This document shows positions 26,343 to 39,650 of a stretch of 64,000 bases of DNA, in pieces. How positions within the stretch are numbered: position 1 is the first letter of the stretch; every line of letters starts with the position of its first letter. Under the pieces are notes generated by a model, which was given only the letters and a program-made list of their open reading frames with translations, had not been told where the DNA came from and made no database searches. The position numbers were made by a program, and so were the translations under genes. The stretch lies in NCBI GenBank assembly GCA_951406725.2, contig OX597822.1, positions 8,246,001 to 8,310,000 of the forward strand, read 5' to 3'. This stretch comes from Octopus vulgaris. Lineage: Eukaryota.

Positions 26343-27107
26343 GCGCACGTGTGTGTGTGTGTTCGTGCGAGTTTGTGTGTGTGTGTGTGTGTGTATGACT
26401 GGGAACACAGCAGATTAATGATTTGAAAAAAATAACGCTAGATTGATAGGGTGAGGTACGAATTGTAAGATAGTGAGAGAAAGAGAAAAAAGATGAAATA
26501 GTTATTTTTGCCAACAGAACATCATGCAATCCTGAAATTGGCAAAGAATTTGTCTGCTGTCAAAACCTTTATCAGTGAATTATTCAAATAGATGTGCGGA
26601 GTTGCTTTGGGTTAGATAATAATGCAACAGGAAATAATAATGTATTTATTACGATGTTGCATAAAAGTTGAGTAAAAACTGAATACATAACATTATAACA
26701 CCCATTTTTAATAAATAGAAGATAATAACGTAATAATATTTAATATAAAATCGTTCGTTAACTTAGTTTTAAGATGGTTCGCTAATCAGACACAGAAATG
26801 AAGTTATGCTATCCGTATCCTAAACTGTTATTATTGATGTTCAATTGGATACAAGTACACACATGATTTTAGAAAAAAACAACTGAAAACGTTACCATCA
26901 GTGTTTGATTGAAAAAGCAAAACATTTTGTCTGCAGCTCTATTAAGCTATCGAGGGTATTCCTAAAATATAATAGATATAAATTTACCTCTAACAATATG
27001 AAAATTATTCCACATATTTCTGCACAACATAACGCACTTCAGGAATGTGTGTGCGTGTTTGTGGGTGTCTGTCTATGTGCCGGTGAGTGCGCGCGCGTGT
27101 GTGTAGA

Positions 27108-28250
27108 AATTCATCTTACACATGATGTGGGGGTTGCAGAATTGCACTTACCGGAATATGTTGCATTCCGAATGGACAGAAGAGGAAAGAGCTATTCTAT
27201 ATGTGGCACTAAAATGACAAGTAGTTATTGATATATATATACTACATAGCACCCACCAGATGCTTTTGAGGACACAGACAAGTTTGATGACTGCCTCGCA
27301 AAAATAGAAATTATCACCAAACGGAAACAAGTCAGAGTACTCCTTGTGTTTTACTTCAACTTCTCAAAAGTGGAGGTCCGATGATCTCATTGCTGTGAGG
27401 AATGACACTGCCAATATGTACAGAGGGATACCCGACCCAGCCTTACCAACGCTTTGTTCATGGATCAAATTGAACTCCAAATACACCGGGAAAATAATAT
27501 ACTGATTTTCTGCTTCGAAAATAATATGGATAGCGTCCGCAATGTAAAACGGATAACAACACTAGTCTCGGATCATAATATAAGAGAGCTGCAGCATATA
27601 TGAAGCAACTAAAATCTCTTCAAACTGGAAATCGATTCAGAAAGAGGTACTCAAACCAGATTGAGTATCTTTTTCAGATCTTACTTGCAAGTGGTAAGCT
27701 GCCAGGCAGATTGGAGGAGGGAAACGATATGCCCTATTCATAAAGTAGAAAGAATAGTAGATACTAAAATTTACTGGCCTATCTCCTTCACCTTACACAC
27801 CAAGAAAATCATGGAAGAAAGTCGGAAGGAAATTAATTCCATTCTTTGAAGACGATGACTTACTAACTGACACTCATCATGGTTTTCGACCAGGTAGAAG
27901 CTGCCTAACACAGCTTTAGAACACTACAACTGGATGTTAAATCAGTTGCTCAACAAATCAAATGCGGACGTTATATATCTCGAATTTGCAAAAGGTTTTG
28001 ATAAATTCGACAATGTTATATGTCCCAAGCTGCGGGATTTCAGCATAGTAAAAAATTTTGGAGAGTGGCTATACGGCTTATTGACATTTTAAGAGATAAA
28101 AGTCAAACAGTGGTCCCCAATGGAACTACTTATACTGAAACACAGATAGTGCGTCAGAGTCCACACTGCAATAACTTAGGGCAACTACTGTTGATTGTGG
28201 CCCATTTAGACATTCCGCAGGAGCTCAGATAACCAGCCTTGCTAACAACG
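27108..28250 (+). mobile_element. Old, internally deleted CR1/L2-group LINE remnant related to 35938-39009
   Basis: HLTHDVGVAELHLPEYVAFRMDRRGKS vs HLGPDIGDAEIHMPQYAVLRSDRKGKS; HGFRPGRSCLTQLLEHYNW; ADVIYLEFAKGFDKFD. Confidence 0.85.
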
Positions 28251-28911
28251 CGAATTATAATTCACAGAGGCGCACTTTCCGCGCTGGTGACCAAGTGGAA
28301 CTGGAGCTTCACCAACCAAGATGAATTCTACACAAGTGTTTAACATCGGCTTTCTATAACCCCTTCATTTAGGTTCACTTTCTACATAGCACTGCATCGT
28401 TATCCTGTTTTCTTCACTGGTCCACTTCCTCTCCATTGCTCCATCATCTGGTGATGATGTTTTTGGATAACAGCTGTTGTCAGTTTCCATCTTCACTGAA
28501 CTGCTGCCGAGCGAGAAGCCTTCTCTTAAAGGTCGAATCTCATTTTCGCTGTCCTAACCAGAGTTTCTATGCAAACTCCTGTCTCTCATAAACTATGGAA
28601 AGGTGACTTTCGTCACATCGTCTTTATCATTAATATATTTCGACATCTGATAGTTTCTACTAACTTTTTTTGCATCACTTGCTGCACCTTTGTGCTAGTG
28701 TGGTGTGTGTGTGTGTACTTCACTGTCTTTTTTCCTGGGCAATATTGATTTGCATTCGTATGCTTTGTTATGGGCTTGGTTTGAGTCTATAGCTATGTTA
28801 GTTATATATAGTTATATAAGCTGCAATATGTATATATATAGAGTGCCTGTATGGATATGGATGGATCTGGGATTAATATGTGATTAAAATTATACAGCTT
28901 TCGTATATACA

Positions 28912-29345
28912 TTAGTCTTATTTTTATCACATGTTGTCATTGCATCACCGAGTACACCTCTGTGTGCCTTGGTTACGTGCTGAGGTTTGCGTTGCTGTTA
29001 TTTTGCTTTTTGCCTAGTAGTACTATTTTCTGTATGCTGTGGAGATTTGTAAGTCCTGGTGATTTAGTTATGTGTCTGTCTGTATATTTTTAATCATACC
29101 TAATGCATATATTATTATAGGGATTTTTCTGCTTTTAGGCTCTACATCCAGGTTATATCTATTTCCAGCTCCTTGTATTTTCAGTGTTCCTCTGTTTCTT
29201 TTAGAGATACATTGTCCTCTGTTGGGATTAATACGTCATCTCGCAGGCATTTTTTCTTGAGTATCGTTGCCTTGTCTTTTTCTGGTATCTTATATGGAAT
29301 ATGCCTTTATCATCTTTTTTTTCTGTTGATATTCCATTGGTATAT
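28912..29345 (-). mobile_element. Old decayed 3' fragment of R4/Dong family B
   Basis: Reverse complement resembles family-B 3' UTR (ccaaggcacacagag..ctcggt..ataaaaataa) and RLE-coding region. Confidence 0.75.
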
Positions 29346-29804
29346 CATAATTATAACTGATGAGTACTCGTATTAGAAATATCACCGTTTTAAGTTTTAC
29401 AACTGTTACTATTAGCACTATCAATAACGTTAACTGATTTATTAGATTTAATTCAGTAAACTCCTTAGCTGTTTTACTGGTATGTACTGCATCGATTTAA
29501 TGTAGGTTTTTCGCCGTAAGAAAATGAAATTTAATTGCATTTCGATTAAGAAATTTGCAGTAATATTACGGATATTTTAAATTATCATATGGTGCATTAT
29601 ACCAAGTCATATATCTCAATCTTGCTCTTCACTAAGCTCTTTTATTATTTTATTATTTTCCGTAAGTTATTCATTCTAAGTAAACAAAGCTGACAGCAGT
29701 ATGGGTCGGTAATTTATAAGCAGTAAACTATTAAAGATGTGTAATTATACATTATTCTCCGCGTCCTTTTAATATTATCTGGAAACTTATTTGGTCTCTT
29801 ATAA

Positions 29805-30025
29805 CTTACTTTTACTTTACTTTTACCTTTACTTGTTTCAGTCATTTGACTGCGGCCATGCTGGAGCACCGCCTTTAGTCGAGCAAATCGATCCCGGGAC
29901 TTATTCTTTGTAAGCCTAGTACTTATTCTATCGGTCTCTTTTTGCCGAACCGCTAAATGACGGGGACGTAAACACACAAGCATCGGTTGTCAAGCAATGC
30001 TAGGGGGACAAACACAGACACACAA

Positions 30026-30075
<50 letters not shown>

Positions 30076-30251
30076 GTATACATACAAACGACAGACTTCT
30101 TTCAGTTTCCGTCTACCAAATCCACTCACAAGGCTTTGGTCGGCCCGAGGCTATAGTAGAAGACATTCGCCTAAGATGCCACGCAGTGGGACTGAACCCG
30201 GAACCATGTGGTTGGTTAGCAAGCTACTTACCACACAGCCACTCCTGCGCC
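29805..30251 (-). mobile_element. SINE family A, copy 3
   Basis: Reverse complement of 2609-3037. Confidence 0.92.
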
Positions 30252-30728
30252 TATAAGAGACCAAAATTAAAACAAACCCCCCGAACGGGACGCGAATGTT
30301 TTCCCAGGATTACTCATTTACAACTGAATGGACTGGAACCTATAGCAAGGAAGTGCTTTTGTCAAAAGCATAATGCATCACTCGGTCCTGGATTTAATAC
30401 AACGAGATGGCACACACACTACAGGATCACAAGTCTACCGTTCTACCTGATACCTGCCTCTTAATTTAATAATTTTACATTCAATATTGTAAACATTGTC
30501 ATTCTCCAAAAAATTTTATTCCCTTCATCAAAGACAATCACTCGAAATATTGGGCATTTCTGTTACTATCATTGGTGCAATAATCTTAATTGCCCTCATT
30601 AATGTTTTGTTTCCGCTTTCTATTTCTCGGTTTAGCCTAGTACACGCGTTCAATTGTCCGTCTCCATGCATTGTTGCATTGATTTTTTTGTATTTATGTA
30701 TTTATCTTTCGTTCTTGATACGCACGCT

Positions 30729-30729
<1 letters not shown>

Positions 30730-30768
<39 letters not shown>

Positions 30769-30799
30769 TATATATGTTTAAATGATATATCGCATGTTC

Positions 30800-30871
<72 letters not shown>

Positions 30872-30905
30872 AGCAATCGTGCTTTGTGTGTGTATTTACT
30901 CTCTC

Positions 30906-30951
<46 letters not shown>

Positions 30952-31035
30952 GCCAGAGAGAGAGAGAAGAGAGAGATTAATAGCCTGATATCTAAATATA
31001 TATATATATAAGTAAATAAATGGTACAACAAGGCA

Positions 31036-31075
<40 letters not shown>
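30730..31075. repeat. Compound (CA)n/(TA)n/(TC)n/(GA)n microsatellites
   Basis: Seen directly. Confidence 0.95.
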
Positions 31076-31703
31076 TTTATACATACATAAGTGTATATAT
31101 ATGTCTCTGTGTGTGAATATATATTTACATCTGTGAGCATGTATATATGATGAGCTTCCGGAAATTCCCTATGCACTGATCATTACCCGCACATTTTTGA
31201 TTAACCATGCGGTTGTGAAGTTACGTTCTTACGCATTGCACTCACTTGATTTGAAGAAAGAAAAGTGTTTGAAAACTTCGAGAAAACACAAAAGGTAAAT
31301 TTGAAAACTTGTGCTAGACTTCGTTATTCTAAGCGTCTCAGTTTACTGAAGCCACGTATATAACAGAATGAAATAGAATACAAATTATAAAATAACCAGG
31401 CAAATGTATTTCCAAAATCAATACCTACCGAATCAGAGTATTCGGTCATAATACCACTCTCTATATTTTGACTGAATCAAAGCTATCACACGTAGAGATT
31501 TGATACATCAATGTTATTTTACTGACGTTGCTTTAAGTGCATTACCGAAAATTACTCAGGCTTGTGGAATGAAAATAATCTACCGATTTTATCTAAAGAA
31601 TAAAGAGCATTCAAATAATGAATAAGCAATTCATATGAATGCATAGAGTTTCAAGATACCTTCATGGAGCAACATTGAAATAGATGATTCAAATAACAAG
31701 GAG

Positions 31704-31716
31704 AGTAGTAGAAGTA

Positions 31717-31786
<70 letters not shown>

Positions 31787-32135
31787 CAGTAGTAGTAGCA
31801 GTAGCAGTAGTAGTAGTAGTTGTAGCAGTAGTAGATCTTTAGCTTTTGACCAGCAGATTTAGAAAATATTTTTTTTTGTAACTAAAACCTTTCAAACTTC
31901 GTATACTGGTAGAATGTGTCATATAAAATCTATTTTGCTCTTAGCGTTTTTGAGAAAAGTTTATATTTACGAAGTTATTTCGTTTTAAAGTTGTCGTATC
32001 TAGGTAATTTCAACCAATCAATGACGTGTATTCAGCTGAATAAAATTACTGCCTTTGTTTGTCAACAACAGATATTGAAAGTGTTTAGTTACAAAAAATT
32101 ATTTTCTAAATCTGCCGGTCAAAAGGTAAAGATCC

Positions 32136-32197
<62 letters not shown>

Positions 32198-32198
32198 T

Positions 32199-32243
<45 letters not shown>
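31704..32243 (+). repeat. (TAG)n array interrupted by a MITE
   Basis: TAG runs at ~31704-31832 and 32136-32243. Confidence 0.95.
31833..32135. mobile_element. MITE (~300 bp) with ~60 bp imperfect terminal inverted repeats
   Basis: Left gatctttagcttttgaccagcagatttagaaaata..tgtaactaaa; reverse complement of right ggatctttaccttttgaccggcagatttagaaaata..tgtaactaaa. Confidence 0.9.
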
Positions 32244-32244
<1 letters not shown>

Positions 32245-32392
32245 GAAAAATTTTGACAAAATCAAACAGGAACTTGGTGGGTACTTTTATTTTCAACGGC
32301 CAGGAAAGTTGATAATGGTGAGATGTGATCTTCATATCGAAATAACGGAAACGAATATCGCAAGCCATTATTTCAACTTCTCAACATCAATA

Positions 32393-32597
32393 ATCCTTTC
32401 TACAATAGGTACAAGACCAGAACTTTTGTGGGAGGGGAATAATCGATTACATCGACCCAGTACGCAACTGGTATTTATTTTGTCGAGCCGGAAACGATGA
32501 AAGGCAAATTCGACCTCTGTAGAATTTGAACTCAGAACCTAGCGAGAGGTGAAACACCACTAGGCATTTCGCCCGGCATGCTAAAGATTCTGCCAGT
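32393..32597 (-). mobile_element. SINE-like family D copy
   Basis: Similar to 15495-15690. Confidence 0.8.
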
Positions 32598-32698
32598 TTT
32601 GTTTTTATAATGTTATGCTTCAATATAATACACTTCACGGTGTACGTCTCTCTCAAGATACGTCTCTGACCTTCCTGAACATATTCTTGTATTTTCCA

Positions 32699-33093
32699 CT
32701 AGCAGTATCGCCCGGCGTTGCTCGGGTTTGTAAGGGAAATAACTATATAAGCATTTTTAGAGATGTAAAGTATAATAGCCATCTCAATATGGCTAACCAC
32801 AAAGAGTGGGGTTACTGTAGCTTTTTATGCTCTGAGATTTAATAATACATTTTTAGAGAGTTACTTCCCTTATATATGCCAAAAATGCATTAAAAATGAG
32901 AAAAATTGATGGTAATTTTTATTTTAAATCGTAGACTCATCGTAGACGCGCGCTAATACCCAGAAGGGCTCGATATGAATCACGACTATAAAATACCCGG
33001 TTTTGGTTAAACTGCACCGCAAAATGTGGGAGTAGTTAGGAATCTAAATCGTAGGAGACAGACAGCACACAACCTTACTTTTATATATAAAGA
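32699..33093 (-). mobile_element. Non-autonomous Helitron, copy 1
   Basis: Minus strand begins A|TCTTTATATATAAAA and ends cccgagcaacgccgggcgatactgCTAG|T (GC hairpin then CTAG), A|T insertion without TSD. Confidence 0.88.
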
Positions 33094-33094
33094 T

Positions 33095-33332
33095 TACTCT
33101 TTTTACTCTTTTTTACTCTTTTTACTTGTTTCAGTCATTTGATTGCGGCCATGCTGGAGCACCGCCTTTAGTCGAGCAAATCGACCCCGGGACTTATTCT
33201 TTGTAAGCCCAGTACTTATTCTATCGGTCTCTTTTGCCGAACTGCTAAGTGACAGGGACGTAAACACACCAGCATCGGTTGTCAAGCAATGCTAGGGGAA
33301 CAAACACAGACACACAAACATATTCACACACA

Positions 33333-33372
<40 letters not shown>

Positions 33373-33532
33373 TACGACAGGTTTCTTTCAGTTTCCGTCT
33401 ACCAAATCCACTCACAAGGCATTGGTCGGCCCGGGGCTATAGCAGAAGACACTTGCCCAAGATGACACGCAGTGGGACTGAACCCGGAACCATGTGGTTG
33501 GTTAGCAAGCTACTTACCAAACAGCCACTCCT
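33095..33532 (-). mobile_element. SINE family A, copy 4
   Basis: Reverse complement of 2609-3037; its tail abuts the Helitron 5' end. Confidence 0.92.
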
Positions 33533-34255
33533 ATTGCTTTGTAAGCGTTCCTCCTATTCGTGTCCCAATCCTAATGTTATCTACAGTCCCAGTATTATAT
33601 TTTGAAGTCATTAGTTATATTTCACTCTCGTTTTGCGTAAATCTTACACATTACTGAGATGCATATTCAAATCTTATTTCACTGTCTTTGAGCATTATAT
33701 GCGTGTGATCCAAGATATCTGAAATCTATTTACGCGTCTTAACTTTGTATTCTTTCATGACATAATGTGCTGGTTTGACTGATTGGAAACAATAAACTCA
33801 GTTTTATAATCTTTGATATGTAATCCGATCAGTTTTGGTGATTCCCTCTTTTTTCTGCAAATGATGAGCTTCATTGGTAATATTGGAAGAATTATATAAT
33901 CTGCATCAAATCGTTCGAACTAATAGCTTCAAAAAGAAGGCTTCTTTTTCCATAAAATTTTCGAATGCTGATTGCACCTGCAGTGTTACCTAAGATAGTG
34001 TATAACTTCATACTCCGAATCTGCTAAGGAATATGAATGATATAATAGCATATAGGTACTGGTTTTAATACGTTTGTATTCCTTTAATTTGCAGAGGTAT
34101 TGAGCTTTCTGAACGAAACAAAACTTTAGTTACATTTACTTCATTCCAGAGGAATTGCTTTATAAGTGGGTGATTTTTTAAAACAATTCACTGTAATTTC
34201 GGCAAATTTCGTCCTGTTTATACACTTTACTCCAGAGATAGACAAACTTAGAATA

Positions 34256-34769
34256 TCTTTATATATAAAACTGTAGTTGTGTGAGTGTCTGTCTCCTACG
34301 ATTTAGATTCCTAACTCCTCCCACATTTTGCGGTGCAGTTTAACCAAATTCGGGTATCTTATAGTCGTGATTAATATCGAGCCCGTCTGGCTATTAGCGC
34401 GCGTCTACGATGAGTCTACGATTTAAAAAATAATTTAACATCATTTTTTATTCCATTTTAATGCATAATTTTTCGTGTGTCGATGGCGGCGGAGTTGGCG
34501 TCCATGGTCACGCCTGCACCTGTTTGCTTCTCCCCCTTCTTCCCTCCCTCGTGAAGCTGTGGGGAAAGGAGTGTAAGGAAATCAACGTCGTAATGCGTTG
34601 TCAAGGAGACCAGCGTTCTTTTAGAACAACGACTTCATGGCTTGAAGACACCAAAACAGAAATGGCTAAGAAAGCCCGAATTGGCATCTATAAGGGGAAG
34701 TAACTCTCTAAAAATGCTTATATAGTTATTTCCCTTACAAACCAGAGCAACGCCGGGCGATACTGCTAG
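34256..34769 (+). mobile_element. Non-autonomous Helitron, copy 2
   Basis: A|TCTTTATATATAAAA..gagcaacgccgggcgatactgCTAG|T; homologous to copy 1 at both ends. Confidence 0.88.
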
Positions 34770-34954
34770 TCTTTATTTAAATCTTTAAATTTTCTTTCCT
34801 TAACAATAAATTTTGTTCGAGAAGCAATCCAGTCTTGTTCTATTTTCTGGTTGTTTGCTTACTGTCAAACTCGTTCTCTTCGCTCTCATGCCTCTCACAC
34901 TTCCTTTCTCTCACCCTCTCTCTCTCACTCTCTCTCTCTCTCTCTCTGTATATA

Positions 34955-35148
34955 GATCGTTAGCCACTACACACATTTTTCTCTCCTATTTTTCTTTCCT
35001 TTTTTTTTCTCTCCTTGTTTTTTCTGTGTCCCTTTCTGTAGAAGAGCGTATGCTCGAAACGTAAAAGACTTTTTTCTATTCCTGAACGTTATACTAATAC
35101 ATCTGTTTGTTTTGTACACCACCTGTCTTTGTCTTTTGTTTTTTTCGT

Positions 35149-35152
<4 letters not shown>
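34955..35152 (+). repeat. Short dispersed repeat (family H) carrying a hammerhead-like motif, copy 1
   Basis: Homologous to the reverse complements of 42872-43050 and 52990-53190; next to (TC)n/(TA)n. Confidence 0.85.
35032..35067 (+). ncRNA. Minimal type-I hammerhead ribozyme-like motif, non-canonical core
   Basis: cttt CTGTAGA a gagc gtat gctc GAAA cg TA aaag: stem I, core, stem II, palindromic stem III, GUA triplet. Confidence 0.6.
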
Positions 35153-35227
<75 letters not shown>

Positions 35228-35846
35228 CAAGATCTAAATAAATTTGGCTTACGGCTTTTTCCAGTAGTCTTTAAAGCTACGCTACTGATAGGTTTACTTA
35301 GTGGTCTATTGATCAGCTGAGAAAATTCGAACGACATGAAAAAAAGAAAATATCAATGCTACTTTCGTCAGAGCCACTTCTGGTAATAGCAAACCAGAAC
35401 ACCAAAGGAATATACGTGTATGGGGAAGGAAAAAAATAGGGCAAATGATACGTAGAATAGAGAAAAGCGGAAGACATGTAGCAAGAAGGTGAAGAGAAAG
35501 AACGAAAAAACAGAAGAACAGAAGAAATACTTACTTAATAGAAGGAGGGAGGATAGTATTGTCAAAATGTTGGAAAGGGACAGTCATAAATCTTTAGTGT
35601 TTGCAGTCAGGTCAACACATGAAAATATTTGATTTGTGTTTAGATTAGATATACTCCAAATATGTTGAAATTTGATATGGGCCATTTACACACATGGACA
35701 AATTAAGTCCTTCATATATGGACGCTGATGTTATCAGGTATAGTAAGGGAATACATACAAACATACATACATGTGCGCGTGAATGTGTGTGTGTGTGTGT
35801 GTGTTATGTAAGTGCATTTCACAACTATACACACAAACACACTTAT

Positions 35847-35916
<70 letters not shown>

Positions 35917-35937
35917 GTATATGTATATGTATATATA

Positions 35938-38900
35938 TCCTTAAATCCTTAAAAATTGTTTTAGCCCGAAGGCCGCGACCATGCTGGGGCACCACCGCTG
36001 AATGAGCTACACTAATATGTGAATCCACCTCTGATACGTGGCACTTGATCAACAAGGGAATTCAATGCTGCTGCCCGCATCTGCGTCTCCTGTCGTGAGG
36101 TAGGTTCATTTGGGACTCCCGACAAGAAGAGATCCAGTTTAGTTTTAAAGAAACCCACATCCACACCATGTAAGTCTCTCAGGCATTTAGGGAGGATGTT
36201 AAAGAGCTGTGGTCCTCTGAAACCCAAGCTGTTGCAGTATCTGGACCTGTATTTTGATGGTGATGTTGGAATCTTTGGCACCATGTAGTGGCGCCCTGTT
36301 CTGCGGTTAGGGTAACTTTGAATGACAAAGTTTGGGACAAGACCCTCCAGGATTATCCAGATGTATATCACCGCATATCTCTCCCGCCTCCGCTCTAGGG
36401 AGAAGAGGTTTAATAATTTCAGTCTTTCCCAGTAGCTGATATTTTGCATTGAGACTATCTTCTTTGTGTAGAATCTCTGAATTGCTTCGAGTTCTGCTGT
36501 TAGTTTTATATTGTGTGGTGACCATAGTTGGGAGCAGTAGTCCAAGCGGCTGAGGACGAATGCTTTCCAGAGGACCATCAGTGTCTCCTTCTCTCTTGTT
36601 CTGAAAGTTCGGAGAATCCATCCAGCTACCCGTCTGCATTTTATCACCAGATTAGTAATATGCACTCGGAAAGATGCATCATTGCTCATGTCAATGCCCA
36701 GGTCACGCACTGATTTTGACTCAGGGATTGCAATTATTCCTGGGCCAGTGTATCCAGTCTGCACGTCGTTTACCTTTGTGTGCCGGTAGCGCAGGGCCTG
36801 GACCTTACCTGCATTAAACTGCATGTTGTTGTCCTCAGCCCACCTGTATATTGTATCCAACTTCTGTTGCAGTTGCGCAATATTTTCAGTGTTTTGTATT
36901 GTGTGGGAGACTTTTGTGTCATCTGCATAGCTAGCAAGGGTAGCCATCGTAGCAACTGAAGGCATGTCTGAAAGGGCCATTATAAGCAGCAGTGGCTCCA
37001 AGACAGTGCCCTGTGGAACACCGCTTGTTATTTGTTTCCTTGGAGGTGGCTCCTTTGCTTTCAACTGCCTGTCTTCTGTCTTTTAGGAAGTTGTGCAGCC
37101 ACTCTCCAAGTTTTCCGCCTATGCCGAGACCACGCAGTTTCTGACAGATCATACCATGGTCGACTTTATCAATGGCTTTTGCAAAGTCGAGATATATTAC
37201 ATTCACATTTGAGCCATTTAGTAGCTGTTTTAACACCCAGTCATACTGTTGCAGGAGCTGTGTTAGGCAGCTTCTACCTGGTCGAAATCCCTGCTGGGTG
37301 TCAGACAGCAAGTCATTTTCTTCAAGGAACATGATTAGTTTCTTGCGGACTATTCGTTCCATGACTTTGCTGATGTGTGAGGTCAGAGAGATAGGCCTAT
37401 AATTTTTAGCATCTGCTCTGCTACCTCCCTTATGGATAGGGCATATTACCCCCTCTTTCAATTTGACTGGGAGCTTACCACTTGCAAGAAAGCTCTGAAA
37501 AAGAAGCTGTAGCGGTTTTGCAAGGGCCCGTTTGCACGAATTGAGAAGGATCGCTGGAAATCCATCAGGTCCAGCAGCTGAGTTTGTGTCAATGTCATCT
37601 ATGGCGAGTGTGATATAATCATCTTCAATGTTGATGTACTCAATTTTTGCCTCTTTGGCCGCAGGTAAAGTGGCAAAGAATTCTTCTGGGTTGTTTACTT
37701 GCATGTGTCCTAGAGGTGTAGTGAACACACTTTAGAATTGTTCGTTCAGTATTTCACTTATCCTCGTGCGATTTCCTGTGAGAGAGCCATCTTTTTGGAA
37801 GAGAGGTCTTATTCTCTGGTGCACTGTAACTGTCTCTTTGGCAAACTTAAAGGAAGCTTTAGTGTTTGATTTTATATTTTCTATTACCCAAGCTTCTTTA
37901 TCTGCACTCTCCTTTTCATGGGACGATGCAGACTTTTCTCAATTTCCAATAGCATTCTCTCGAGCCGAGACTTCTCACCACATTTGGTGTGCTTGCTCAG
38001 GCGGTTCACAATCCTTGTCCGTCGTCTCATAAGGATCTTCCTTTCTCTAGGGATCCTGTTTTTGTTTTTGCGTGTGCTGGCCCTGCACACAGGGACATAT
38101 TTGTCACATATGGCTTGTATTATGGACATGATGTGTTTGTGTTTCATGTTAATGTCCGGTGTGGAGAGACATTTAGGTCAATCCTGTTTAAGGATCTCTT
38201 TCTCAATCAACTTCCAGTTTGCTTTATGAAAGTTTAAGTTGGAGAGATGGTGGATGCTTCGTATAGGCTGTGTGTCTACGGGGGCTTTTGGTCCATACAT
38301 AGACAGCTCTATTATGTTGTGATCCGAGATCATTGTCGGCATCACTTTAACATTATGGATAATATATTGTTTGTGAAGCAGAGATCCAGTATATTATCAG
38401 TCCTTGTTGGTTGCAGAATTATTTGCTCCATGAAAGAGGCATTTGTGAGATGGAGCAGGGACTCTGCCTGTGCCTGCTGATGGTGCGTCATCCCTGAGAG
38501 CATCTGCCCCCAAGGCCATTCCACATTGGGGAAGTTAAAGTCACCCATGAAGAATACACTGTTTTGTTGTTCAAGGTTGGTGAGGACTTCTATTTTTGTT
38601 AGGCAGTCTTCAAACATGCCTGAGTGATTTGGGGCATCTGGTGGGCGATATGTAGTACATATGACAATATTCAGTTGTCTTATGTGTACAATTTGAGTGT
38701 CATATACTGAGTTTGAATATGACAACAGGACCTGGGGCGTGAGGTCATCTCGGATGTACATTGCAACTCCACCATGGCTCTTTCCTTTTCTATCTGAGCG
38801 TAAGACTGCATATTGCGGCATGTGTATTTCTGCATCTCCTATATCGGGTCCAAGATGAGTTTCTGTGAGTGTCATGCATATAGCTTGATTGCATGTCACA

Positions 38901-39009
38901 AGGTCTCTCAGGAATGGGATTTTCCTTTTACAGTTTCCGCGCAGCAGCCCTCCTACGTTCAGTAGAAATATTTTTGTGGTGTGTGTGTTGCTGTTGGTGT
39001 TGGTGCACC
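35938..39009 (-). mobile_element. CR1/L2-group LINE, ORF2 (APE + RT) region, frameshifted, apparently lacking ORF1
   Basis: LTETHL, GGVAMY, YRPP, GDFN, LDLCF (APE); GPDGFP, NYRPISLTS, QQGFRPGRSC, YLDFAKAIDKVDH, GVPQG, YADDTK, YWERLKLLNLFSLERRR (RT); short 3' UTR ending in TTAAGGA-type repeats; TA-rich flanks. Confidence 0.95.
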
Positions 39010-39412
39010 TATATCTGTGTATATAACTATATCTATATATATAAATAAAATATCTGAAAACTTGTTAATACACTTAAAGATATTATTTACTTCCGTAGAT
39101 GTATTATTTAGGCACATACGCAGTATATAGTGAAACTAATCATAATATTAAATTCATATATATAAGTAAAAAATTCGATTCAAAATACTCCTAGAATTCC
39201 TGTCTTCTAAATACAGGGGAAAAGTCAAATTATATCTTTCAATACACTAGCTTAATTATTTATTGATATCAAAGACTTGTCATCGGTTATTGGTATGTTG
39301 AAAATAAAACATCGTATAATTATCATAGTTGACAGTTAAAAATAATTAGGCATCTATTCTGCGATAATTGCTTATCGTCAGTCAATTCATTCCTGATCTA
39401 GAATCTATAGGG

Positions 39413-39458
<46 letters not shown>

Positions 39459-39578
39459 GTGTGTGTGTGTTGTATGTATATATTTGTAGATATATTCATG
39501 TACATATATGTGTATCTAGTCTATCTATGTATGTGTATATGTGTATGTATAAATGATTACATACATGCACACACACAT

Positions 39579-39650
<72 letters not shown>

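Noticed and set aside
32699-34769. Single 2-kb transposon with long terminal inverted repeats
   Set aside because: Each arm has its own Helitron TC and CTAG ends and different internal sequence; no TSD seen.
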